Part shown: positions 13,145-25,600 of the stretch, piece after piece
Position numbering within the stretch: the stretch's first letter is position 1
Layout of the letters: each line of letters opens with the position of its first letter
Assembly: GCF_023055435.1 (NCBI RefSeq)
Contig: NW_025963779.1
Span: 10,540,001-10,604,000 of the forward strand
Direction of reading: 5' to 3'
Source: Haliotis rufescens
Taxonomy: Eukaryota
Length of the DNA: 64,000 nt
Notes under the pieces: generated by a model
Told to the model about the DNA's origin: nothing
What the model saw: only the letters and a program-made list of their open reading frames with translations
Databases searched by the model: none
Position numbers and translations under genes: made by a program

Positions 13145-16100
13145 ATGGAGCAGTCCGGAAAGGAGACCCCAGGTGGTACAACTAAGCAACAGACGATGGT
13201 GTACATTTGTGGAGGTAAATTTCACTGTCAATGTTTAAACTAATACAATGAAATAAGATAATAATTCCTCCAGGTTTGCCTGACACATGTCTTCAGTCTT
13301 TAGAAGGAACCCCTTCCTTTGATTATTTTGCCAATTTGACAAGAGGTAGGTTTGTATCTATTAAGGTTAGAATTTGTTTGGTTTGACAGTATAAAGGACC
13401 AGTAGTAGGTATGTGTTACCTTGTTCACTTGCTAGAACTATCCAACTCCAGCTTCAGGACCACAATAAGGAACGATAGGACTCATTCCAAATTTATACCC
13501 TCCATTGTCAACACATGTTCTTGAGCTAATTCCAGTAATTCCAATTATGACAAGCACACTTTTATTGTTTTACAGTTGTAACTAATCTATACAGGGCTAT
13601 TGTTTTCAAAGGGGAATTAGGATGTCTCATTTCACTGATTTTGCCTGCTTCTGGTGGGTGGGCTGTTACATCACCTGGAGCCATCACTTTTGTAAGGATT
13701 CTGACCCTGAGTGGTTGACTATCTGAGAAAGGATGAACAGTACTCTTTGTCAAGGGTGTTTGTTCTAGGGTTTAATCTAAATGCATAAATTATAATCCTT
13801 CTCATGATGATGCTTGGACCGAAAGAAGTGAAAAATGTGTTACCTACCACTGAGGTTAACAAACATTAGTGTCAGGTTTGAATTTCCAGTACATTCACTG
13901 ACTTTTAAGATTATTTAAAATTACAGTTTATAGTTTTGTCAAATTGGTAATTTCACTATTTATAAAGAAACGACTTCCATATGTGTATGTAGAGTGGATC
14001 TGCCAACAGATAATGAAAGAATAGATGCAAAGCTTCACAAGTGATTTTTTAAATACCCTTATCATCTACTGGTGACACTGGATAACAGTCTAGTCTTCTT
14101 GGATAGTGTTTTATATATCAAATATTTTGACAATAGATAATAAAAGTAAAAATTAAACATATCTTGCCAAGGCTTTTAATTATTATTTAATGCTCTCTTG
14201 GTAGATCCACTCTATATAAATATACTGAAAATAGTTTGCTGATATTGGATAAGCAGGATCTTCTCATGTGTTTTTATTCTACCAGCAAGACATCAAAGAA
14301 ATGTATCCAATTAGAGATATGTAGAAATGTCAAACTGAGTTGGTCTCCAGTTTAAAACAGCATTAGATGGTTGATATATTGTTAAGTCATACTATTATCA
14401 ACAACATTTCTGTGCAATCAGATATTTTTGTTATCAGGAATGACTGCATATATTGGAGTCCACAATAACAATTCTTATATGATGACAGATAGAAATGACC
14501 CAGCCTTTGGTATAGTGTTCTACCCTATAAGCAACTTTTATATTAACAAAAACAAAAATATTTTGGTAAGGAATTGAATGGCAAACAAAATCCCATCTGT
14601 TTTATTGCCCCTTAAAACAATAAATACAGATGACAGTGCAGACAGTAACAAAGCATGTCATTAGTATGATGGCATTTATTGCCTTCCTCTACTGGCAAGG
14701 TGTTGAGACTGGATAACAGCAACTGAACAAGACTTGATACATTTTATGGGGGTATTGTTCTCAGGAACCGTCTGTTGGTGATCTTTTCACTAACCTAAAC
14801 ACTTACAGAACAAAGTTGGAACTTGTACGGTACTTCAGTTATTGGCCTTATAGGGTTTGAAAATATATGTATCACATTTAATAGTAAGTTGGACTTATTT
14901 CTGTTTTATATTTCTCAGTGACTATGGAATAGTAGATTTGTTATAGAACACATAGCACACAAATGTTTTGAAATAACCCAAATATCCATGGGATGGGATC
15001 TGTCGTAGGTCTCTCTTATGAGATTAACATGAAGGTAACTCAGTGCATTACTGTATGAAAAAGTGTTTAAACATGATGTCATGACTATATTACTGTGACA
15101 GAGAAGAAGGTGATTGGGCCTAATTAATTATTTCCCTTTTCTCAATATGATACAATGAAAAAGTTGTCATCCTTAACATATCTTGCCTTACTCTAACATT
15201 CTTGCTAAGGAGTAAATTTTTCAACTGCTTGTATTAGATATGATACTTTGATGGAACGTTTGTATGTATTTTGTAAATTTAAAAATTTGTTTTATCTTTT
15301 GGGACATTTGTTGAAATAGTGTCGTCTCTGTAAATGTGGGAATACTCCATGTTTGTTTATATTTTAACTATATAATTGTAAATGTCAGGAGAATCCATCT
15401 AGGATTAGTTGTTACATTTTTCAAATGGTCTTGATAAACAATTCCAGATTTGTAATACATGTATCTGTTTTTATGATTGCAGATATTGACAGTCATGTGA
15501 TGTAAGCTATTCAAAACTCTTTTTTCAGAATGTCACCAGGAAAATGAGATCCGAGCACGTGATCCAATCCGATGTCGCGAGTGTGGCTACAGAATAATGT
15601 ACAAGAAGAGGACAAAAAGAAGTATCCTTTTTTTCAAACAGCCTTATTCATACCAAGACATTCTGCGCATGTGCATGTTATGTCAGAACACTACCAATGT
15701 CCTCAGTAACCTATGCTTGTCCTAAGAGTCTGCTAAATCAGATCAGGTGGTGAGGCTCCACAATGTGTGTCATATTGTCCTAATGGTGTTGATTGTTGCT
15801 CCTGGTTCCAGTCACTGGCTTGACTGGTCCAGACACAATTAATGACAGGCTGCCTTGGTAGCGATTGGAAATAACAACATTCATTTAATCCCTCAGTCAG
15901 CTGAATTTATTAGTGCACACATGCCATAGTGTGAAGAAAGTTTTATATATGTAACATTTAGTCATCACTGGTACCATTAGGAAGCAAGTATATTGCTATA
16001 CAATAATTTTTGGTTAAATTACAATGCTAGACTTTTGCAAGTTCTCATATGAGGTATTACAAATATGAATGGAATAATAAATTTTATGTTTCGGTGTAGT

Positions 16101-16706
16101 AAGGACTGAGAGTTTTTATGGTAAGAAGTTTGAGTGTTGTGTTCACCAGGTGTTCTCTCACAATTGATGGTTAATGATTATTGTTTTTTGCCTTGTTGCT
16201 GTTTTCTTTAAGAGAGTAATCCAAAATAATTTGGTCAACAAAACATTCAGGTAACGTTTCTTGTGCATGTATTGCATATGTATATGTAGCTAAAGCAAAT
16301 GCAGGGGCGGTCGGGTAGCCTGGTGGTTAAAGCGTTCGCTACTCACGCTGAAGATTCCCGACCTCGGTACAATGTGTGAAGCCCATTTCTGGTGTCCCCC
16401 GCCGTGATGTTGCTGGAATATTGCTAAAAGCGGAGTAAAACCATACTCAGTCAGTAAAGCAAATGAATGTGGCGAAATACTGATGAATTTCTATGAATTG
16501 ACTTTTAGATCTACTAATCAGTTACATGATCTGGGTTTCACCCAAGAGATAAGAATCAGCTCAACCTGCATCTCATAGGATTTATCCTACATTTTGTGAC
16601 TGGCTGTGATTTTGCTGAAATACTTTTCAAAACAGAGCTCTGAAGTGAATCACAAATGTATTACTTCCTTAACCATTTCACAGTGATTGTATTTGATGCA
16701 AGATGA
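13145..16706 (+). CDS. POLR2K: DNA-directed RNA polymerases I, II, III subunit RPABC4 (Rpb12), 61 aa
   Basis: join(13145..13214,15529..15621,16684..16706) translates to [61 protein letters not shown], with the Rpb12 zinc ribbon and VFDAR end. Not present in the ORF track. Confidence 0.96.
13990..14213. mobile_element. Inverted-repeat element (MITE-like) in POLR2K intron
   Basis: TAGAGTGGATCTGCCAA ... TTGGTAGATCCACTCTA. Confidence 0.55.
15622..16683 (+). other. U12-type (minor spliceosome) GT-AG intron of POLR2K
   Basis: 5' site GTATCCTTT at 15622. Branch point TTCCTTAAC at 16665-16673, ending 10 nt before the intron end. No real polypyrimidine tract. Confidence 0.93.
16304..16454 (+). mobile_element. 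tRNA-derived SINE family A (others: 37192-37342 -, 46547-46716 +, degenerate ~3430-3590 and ~63110-63250)
   Basis: A-box-like GTAGCCTGGTGGTTAAAGCG, conserved body GGTACAATGTGTGAAGCCCATTTCTGGTGTCCCC, ACTC-type tail, TSD TAAAGCAAATG. Confidence 0.85.
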
Positions 16707-19700
16707 AGACTGCAGCATCATCATTTCATCATTGATCATCATGGTAATCCAGTACAGGAATTACGGTAGTCATCTCAAGCTTGTAGCTTCCCCCCTCATC
16801 TATTCATATGGTCCCTCTTGACATGATGCAGTGGAAGGAGTTTTGTGTTGGCATGTTTCACCAACCATGATTATGTTATTTGCCTTAAGATGGTAATTCT
16901 AAAATTAGCCAAATATGTCCATTTTAAAAATATATGTTTTATGTATGTCTGATATTAACTTTATGCATATTATATGTTTCATGTACAAGAAGTAAATATT
17001 CAAAAGTCATCAGGAAAATAATCAGTGTTCTCTAAGCGAGTATAGGAGAGATAATTATGGTGGAACAATGTGTTTCAAGCGCAAAAAAAGAAGAGATAAG
17101 TGTTAAAAATACCTACCATTGTAAGACATCAAAATATCTATCTTTGTAATACTTCAAAGAAGTACTGACCAACATTTAATGAATCAAAAACAAGTTACAG
17201 AGAGAAATCAAGAAATGCCTTTAACAATAGTTTTCATCATCTCTCTAAGGCATATTATAGTGATAATGGTTTCCATGGTGTCGTTTTATATATATGGATG
17301 GATAATGGATTAAGTCAACTTAAGTGGATCTGGATTCTAACTGCAATATCAAGTAACAATACTTGGAGTGTGTTTTTTTCCACATGCTCTTGTAAAGCAG
17401 TTATTTTCAATATGTCTGTGTTTAATGTATTTATAACCAAACAATTCTTTTCTGTCATCAAAGTGTAAATAAATCATTGTCATTCACTGCTGCTTTGTTT
17501 TTTTAGATGTTTCCATGATTATTTGAACACATAATGTTTGTGTGACAGAGTGCAGAGAGGTGAAAAAGGTGAATCATTTACCCAACTATAGTTCTTGCTG
17601 GTGCCATGTCTCCAGGCGTAGTTGGCCTGACATTAACATAATTAGTTGAGCTAAAGGTTCTCTGTAGGTTCTTGGACATAGATGCTGAGACCGCAATGCT
17701 TGTGTCAGGATAAGATGGGAATTGGGGCATACAAAAGTATATGACCAAACTGCTTGTGTTTCATTGAATTTCATCATGTGGTTGCTCATGCTATTAACCA
17801 CAGGTTTTGATGATACCAACTCGGGAAAACAGGTGACCAAGTCATTGAAGGTGCCACAATTCTATGGGACACACAGAAACCTATTATTGTTGGTTCAAAT
17901 CCAGGTTCACCCTGTTTGTTTGTAGGTTTGTCAGCACTGCACAGTGGGGTTCATCAACACATATAAATCTATGTATGAGTTTGGTTTCACCTTAGTGGTA
18001 AATGTCTGCGACCTGCATCACTTCAGGCTTTCCTCCCACATTAAGCTGACACACTGTGATATAACTGGAATACTGTTAGAAGCAATGTAAAACACAACTT
18101 ACTATGATGTAAACTCATTTGTTTAAAGGCCACCTTAATATAGCCTGGATATTCTGAAATATGTTTTGGTTCCTCATGCATTATGCTTCACAACATCATG
18201 CATCAATACTCATGCTATCAGCCACTGCTTCTGGCTTGCCAAGACCCCATTCTCTTCAGATTGCTGTGATATTGCTCTAATGTTACTTGCTGGGCACGCC
18301 AGAAACCTATGATTGTGGGTTTGAATCCCGGTTCGCCACGATTATGTTTCTAGGTTTGTCAGCACCATACCGGTGCTAGTGGGTTTCACCGAAGTGGTAA
18401 ATGTCTTAGACCTGCATCACTTCGGGCATTCCTCCCACATGAGGTGACAAGCCGCGATATAACTGGAATACTGTTAAAAGCGGGGTTATACCCAACTCAC
18501 TCACTCACTCACTTGCTGGGTAAGCATCACTCCCACATTGATTCTGTAGATCTGGGCCCATTACCCTTTCCAAAGGAGCTAAGGTGACGTAACTCCCATA
18601 TTTTAACATTGGCTTGGGAAAGTTGTAGGGATTGTGGAACGGGACCCTAGGTGTTTTTATTGCCTAATCAACATACATTTTTCTGAAACATTTACTTCTG
18701 AAAGATGATGCTTTTACGTAAGAAATTAAATGTATTATTATTGATATTTCTGGTGAAAAGGCACTACTGGGATAATACGTGAAGGTTAATAGATTCACGT
18801 GTGTCACTTTGTGCATGTAACATTACATCAGGTTTAGTCTAGAAAAAACAGGGATACTTATAGCATACACTTGGAAGCATCATTGAGTTGCACTGTAACA
18901 GTAGCCAGACAGCTGTGATATAAAACACCACCTGTCATCACCTGTCTCCTACCCACGCCGGTAGTTACAACGCCCATCTTTCATATTGTTTCCTTATGCA
19001 AATGGGGGTCATGTCAAAAGCTGAACGTGGATAAATCGAAGCTTACATTGTGTAAGGGTGAGGTTGTTTGTAATTATGTTGACCCGTCATAGTTTGTAAC
19101 GTATAGGTTTTGTACGGCAATCGGTCCTTGTTGAGATCGGCTATTGCTAGTATATTTCATTTGCAATGGGGGTATAATGTTCGTTTTCAAATTACAATTT
19201 AAACGGGTGACGAATATGTTTGAAATGCCCCATTGTGTTGTCCGTCTATCAGACGGTAATCTGTTGTAAAAACACGGTATCTCCTCAAAGGTGAGAAAAC
19301 CCCTTAAGCTAATCTTAATCCGGATTATTACTTGAGGAAAGATATAGATTAGAAAGTTCAAAGGTTAAGAAAATATACGTTTTGTTACATAATCCCCAAA
19401 ACAGCGCATATCTGAAGCAACAGCGAAAAGAAGTTGGGCCCGTTTTGACCAGGTAGGTATAAAACTTTAATTATATATTGGTAGATCTAAAGCAGAGAGA
19501 TGCAACAGCGAAGGCCAAACTAACTCTATTTCTTAGTGATGTGCAGCTACTCGAACGCATATGAACAGAGCAGCCAAAGTTAAAAAATGAAATCATATCA
19601 ATATACGAAAATAAAAATATATCAATACAAAAACAGAAATTCTATGAAAACCAAAACTCGCAACAGATATGTGTACCCAACTCGCACATGAGTCCCAAAG

Positions 19701-20580
19701 AGGGACAGGTCAGCCGAAATTACCAAGGCAGAAGGCGACCTCTTAAACAAGCAACAACATGGATCGTTCGACCGGAGTCCGTGTACACTAGATGTAGCAT
19801 CTGTTTTTCCGAGTGAGAAAAAAACTCCATGCTGGAAGCGTTTGTAAAATCCCCTGTGGTAAATACGCACTTTTCGCATGGCGTACTCCTTGACATGGTT
19901 CTTTTAATTTATTCAGTCATATTGTATTTCAACCAAATAAAGTTCTTCTGTTCCAGAGACACTTTTTCCCCTTTTGTGGGCGAATGAAAACTTCAGTATG
20001 GAGGAATTGTGATTATTTGACGTAGGTTGCTCAGGTGATTTGCGAATTTTTATGTGCAGTGAGAAATGCATAGGAACGGCTGTTATTAAACCAATAAGTA
20101 GGATTTTACTTACATAATGAGTGGCATCTCTTGTACTCCATTTACAAACGTCAAGTAATGATGTGAAATGTCACGCGGAAGATTTTGAATGTTTCAAATT
20201 TGGCTTTTTGTCCTTTAATGCTTAATACAGTGAGTAGGTGTAATTTTATGACACCCCGCGTGTTAGTTCTAAGGCCAAATGCCAGCACAGCGGGGGCCTC
20301 AGCTTCTGCTTGTATGGAGGGGATGAGTAGCGCTTGGTCTTAACATCCTGACACTGAATACTGTGATAGCAATTATCCAATGTGTGACATTTACGATAAT
20401 GTCCCTAAATAATGCATATTCTGTAATACTGAATGTATTTTTCTTCTCTTTTATTTGAACTTACAAAAGGAAAGATGTGCAAAATCTGGCCCCCTGGAAG
20501 CGCTCGATAAATCTCCAACATCCCCAACATGAAGACGTAAAGATCACGAATCGTACTGGATTCTACTGAAACCCAATACA

Positions 20581-21510
20581 ATACTCAAAATAAGTTAAAG
20601 AACACCCGATTTTTTCATATGACTATAGTTAATCTATAATGACATGTATATAAATCTTTAACATCTTTTGAGTATTTTTTATTATTATACTACCCACAAA
20701 AATAAGGGAACTAATGATTTGAATGTTGCTATCGTTGCGATGTGTACACTGTACGTGTTGCACGTGCACATGGAAATTAAAGTGTGTTCACCAAAAGGGA
20801 ACTCACAATCGCTAGCCGTAATATGCGACTATGCTTGTCGGAAGAGGCGACTATCCGGGTTGGATGGTCAGGCTTGCTGACTTGGTTGATGCATGTCATC
20901 ATATCCCAATTGTGTAGATCGATGCTCATGATGTCAATCACTGGATTGTCTGGCAAGACGCGATTATTTACTGACCGCCGTCCTATAGCTGGAATATTGC
21001 TGAGAGCGATAAATAACAAACAAACAACCGCAATCACTGATTGAATTGTGCTGAAAGCACAAAGCTAAGTGCCTCCGAGACAGTATCTCAATGAACAGAC
21101 AAAATGGCGAATTGTGGGTATGACAGAAGGGAGGGAGACGTCAATATCCCAAGCTGCCCGAATGTTTGGCAAATCAAGAAGTCTGACAGGCCTTAATATA
21201 CGATACGTAGAACAAGACTGTCTCATTACATATATTGCACTACGCAATATTACTTAAGTCTTCTCCTTTTACCGATAGAGAATTCCGAACACTAACAGGA
21301 AGGCGACTTTCAACACCTGCCGTTGAAAACCGTCTCTACGCAGACTGCCTGAAAGCAAGGAGTCCTGTGGAGAGTGTGACCTTAACAGCTTACTCCAAAC
21401 GGCAAAGATTGGGATGGGCGAGGTAACACAGGGGACGGTGTGTGCGCCAATGGCGTAACACCATGATAATAGACGAATCAAGGTTTTGCCTCCGATTCAC
21501 AGATGGCCTC
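20581..21510 (+). mobile_element. Decayed Tc1-family DNA transposon interrupted by a SINE
   Basis: TIR-like start ATACTCAAAATAAGTTAAAGAACACC. Transposase remnants MPPRQYLNEQTKWRIVGM, TGRRLS...NRL...LKAR.P...RLGWA and DESRFCL..DG. Confidence 0.75.
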
Positions 21511-22677
21511 GGTCAATATCAGTTTCATGGGTTAATTAAACATTGTTAAGTATACTGCCCACATGAATGGCCAATATTTGATAACGTATGGTATCAAGGT
21601 GTCGTGCATGTATCGCCCAACATGGTGGACACACCAGATATTGTTCTACACTCCCGAAATTAATTTTACAGACATTTATCGTCATAACACCTTCACTATG
21701 ATTTCATCAGTTCCCATATTTTGTGTTGGTTGTATATAAACCAACCCCATTTCTTAGTTAATTAACCCGTGAAGGGTCTTCATTAAACGATGCTTGCCAT
21801 AAAAGGCGACGTAAGAGGCGACCCACGGGATCGGATGGTCATGACGTCAATCACTGGATTGTCTGGTCCAGACTTGATTATTTACAGACCGCCGTCATAT
21901 TGCTGGAATACTTTTGAGTGCGGCTTTAAACAACAAACAAACAAAGTTAGTTCATTAATCGTACTCAGCTGTCAACCGTCTTCCTTCTACTGTAACTGTT
22001 ACATTGATTCGCGAGTTTTGTTCTTGAATTTGACTTTTTATTTCTTGTGGTGACAGGTACGAATATTACTTTCCTAGGCCTCGTTGTTTTAAATTTGGTA
22101 TTTGTGAAACTTTAAGGATTAATATCAGGGTATGACATGGATTACGTTCAGTTTAAACTGAAGGCTATTTAGATATGTAGATACAGATTCAATAGCATAA
22201 TATTCAGTCAAATAGTTTCATGCTAGCATCCCTGATGTTAGCGGTTAATCCTCAAGGTTTTAGTATTGTGTTGTACCATACTGTGAGTAACACTTACATT
22301 CAGTATTTTCTATTCGCCTATAAATTTTATTCAGAACCTACACGTAAATGCATGAATCTGGTCAGTTCTAAGAATGGCACAGTTTTCAAACCCACGTGAT
22401 TCGTGATACCAAGATACAAAATCACCCAGGATATTAATAAAATGGTGTGTGTGTGTGTCGGGGGAAGTGTGTAACGGCCAAACAAAATCTATAAAGAACT
22501 ATATGTTGATAAAGAACTATATGTTGATATGAATGTGTTTCTGCCCCGTCAAAAGAAGGCGGGCTCACAACCACAAAACTCAACCAACTCCATTGAAACG
22601 GGCACCTGCAGATCAGAGTGACCTCCCTTAGTTCCTGCAAGCGACGATTGTCTTTCAGTCTCGTTCACTTCAGGGAA

Positions 22678-25600
22678 ATGAGAACGGAGGAGTTGTTTGA
22701 AGAGGCAGAGAAACTGGAGAGGTTGGGCAAGAGGGATGAGGCGTTACAATTTTACACACAGTTTATTGAAGATGCATCGATAAGGCTGAAAAACCTCAAC
22801 GACCAAAATGAACGGAGCGCACTGTGAGTTCTCTCATGACACTTCAGAGAAGAGGAATTGAAACTAGTTATTTTCCATCCTGCAATCGGAACAAGCTAGA
22901 GTTATAGTTGTTGCATGTTTTGCACATGTAATTCAACATGTCAGATCTAAAATCATAGTTATTTTTTTACTATCAACTATTACTATATGCACCACTAAAT
23001 ATTTTGTTACTAACAGAAGGCGTGTTTATGCGGGAAATGTTTATTTCGGTTATTTTACAATTTCTTAAACAGGAGTAAGCATTTTGGTACTTAAAACGAA
23101 TGACGTCCATTATTTGTAGACAGAGATTATGAGAATATTGAGGCGACTGTGCTTGTCGTATGAGGCAACTAACGGGATCGAGTGGTCAGGCTCCCTGAAA
23201 TGGTTGCTGCATTGTATTCCAATTGCCTAGATCGATGCTCATGATGTCAATCACTGGGTTGTCTGGTTCAGCCTCAATTATTTACAGACCAGAATATTGC
23301 TGAGTGTGGCGTTAAACAACAAACAAACAAATATTAGAATAGCGAATGTGTTCTGTGGGACAATTATATGATAAATATTTGACACATATATTAATAATTA
23401 TCCCATTTGAAGAATAATATATGAAGTGATATAGGGCAGTAAAGCAGTTTGGATATTTAAACAACATTTTCTGTTTATCATAAACTTTATTTTTAAGAGC
23501 TGGGTAGTGAGGGAGAATTTATCCAAGATCATGTGTTGATACAAAATAAGACATGAATGCACAAGGAGGACATGCACTTATGGTAAAAGTGGATGTGAAA
23601 TAGTATTTTCTGATTGTAGGTTATTTTACATGACTTAGATGTATTAAACAAATCAGTGATGAGTAGGCATCTTCGCTCCAATTGTATATAAGTTCGGTTT
23701 CTTTGAATTCCCAGTACTCAATGACTAAATATTGTTCCATAATAAGACAAGGGTTTTCATTTACCAGTATCTAAGTATCACAATGTATTTTCTTTCAAGT
23801 CATAGTCATAATGACCACAAACATATTGGTCAAAATGGCCACAAAAGAAGTCAAAATGGACACATTCTAAATATAAAAATACATAGTTGGTATGTTCTAC
23901 ATCTTTATTCATTTTATGACAAATATTTGTTAACTTTAGTTTAGGCATCAGCCTAACATCAGTTGATAGGTAGCACAAAGCAGCAGCTCTGACAACACTA
24001 AGAGAGTGCCATTTTAGTGTTCATTTTAGTCGTCGCTGTAACAGGGGTCATTCAGATTACCACAAATGGATAGCAACTCAGCTGAATCAGATTTCCACCA
24101 ACTTCCATGTCCACGTTGTCATCTGTCATCAGGGAAAATGGAACTGAGCAGATGTAACAAAGATGTTCATTGTTGGACTCACTGTTGACAAGCTCGGGAT
24201 ACTCATTTATTCCTGTGCCACAATCTGATGAATCCACTGCATACAGGCAGTGTACAAAATTCCCTAAAATTTCAGTCAGACAACCAGTCTGGCAACTTTG
24301 CAAAGTTTCCAGACCAGATAAAATGTTGCCAGTCTAGAATTTTCTAGACTAATGGACAAAAGTAAGAAAAGGGTGACCAAAAGAATAGTATTGTACTGTT
24401 TAATGTTCCTTCTCAGAAAATAACAATAAACTGGTGGATTGTCAACAGCGTAACTTAACACATTGAAATTTTATTCATCGATAATGTGTTTAATGTTTAG
24501 GCCTAAAGTTAATTTACCTCTTACATTGAATTAAAACTAGAATGCTTAGGTAATTTAGGGAATACAGTAATAGCCAGACCATTGGGTGTGCAACTTTTCA
24601 GAACTGACCATCAGCAATATAGACCATAACAGACTGTCGGGCAGACGGGTATTTTAAACATTGGAACAGGAGTCCCACTCAAGTGCAGGCTGATTCTTAT
24701 GGACAGTTTTGCCACACTTTACACACTTAGCAGGGACCGCCTCTGTGGTCTAGTGGTAGAGTGTCTACCCGGAGAGCGGAAGGTCCGGGGTTCCATCCCC
24801 GGTCGCGTCATACCAAAAGACGTTAAAAGATGGTACTTGTTGTTACCCTGTCTGGCTCTCGGCATTAAGGGGCTAAAACAAGGACTGGTCGGTTCGGAGT
24901 CAGTATACTGTGTCCGACTGGGGTATTCATGTTAAACTGCGGCATGGTATCTCAGTGGGCTAGCACTATAAATCGGCATCAGTCCGGACTAGTACAAGCA
25001 GCCACACAAACACACACACGTACATGCACGTCGCTATATAAGTTAACGCGACGCGACGTTAAACCCAATTTCACCTCACCTCACCTCACTTAGCAGGCAT
25101 GGTGAGTGGCAAGTGAATGCAAGTGATCTGCTTCAAGCCATGTTTATATCATCACTTTGACACAAAGTCAGTCCAGTCAGTGTGGTATCAAAGTATGTAT
25201 TACAAAAGTGATTATGGAATGTAAATGTCAATACGAAGTATTAGAACAAACATGTTTATGTCTGTAAAACTTAACACCAAAACCCATCCTATATTTGCAC
25301 ATGCCTCACACAGTAGTGCCACACGTGTCATTCCTGATTTAGACACTTTTAAAGATGGTCGATTAATCTCTTATTGATTCTGCTTATCATACAGTAGGAT
25401 TTACTTGATTCCATTCATTGTTTGTGTATGTACTAGCGATGGTCATCTGTAACACGCAGAGCAACTACAGGCATGCTGGAAACTGGCAGAAGTCAGCGTG
25501 TAGTGGTCAATATGTTCAATGTTTCACAGGCTGTGATTTAGCAGACTATGGAACAGGTAGCAACAAACCCAAAATGTTGAAAATCGCCTCTGTTCAGGGT

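Noticed and set aside
13804-13853. Possible C/D snoRNA (ATGATGA...CTGA) in a POLR2K intron
   Set aside because: Only ~50 nt, weak terminal stem, and no rRNA/snRNA target I can identify; such boxes arise by chance.
19622-19900. 85-aa minus-strand ORF and an overlapping frame
   Set aside because: No recognisable domain and no supportable exon chain.
20777-21044. Recurrent LTWLMHVII...MSITGLSG ORFs (also 34109, 47468)
   Set aside because: Translations of SINE family B copies, not a gene family.
24735-24810. tRNA genes (also 16304, 46547, 46816)
   Set aside because: tRNA-like heads run into SINE bodies with tails and TSDs; no complete cloverleaf.
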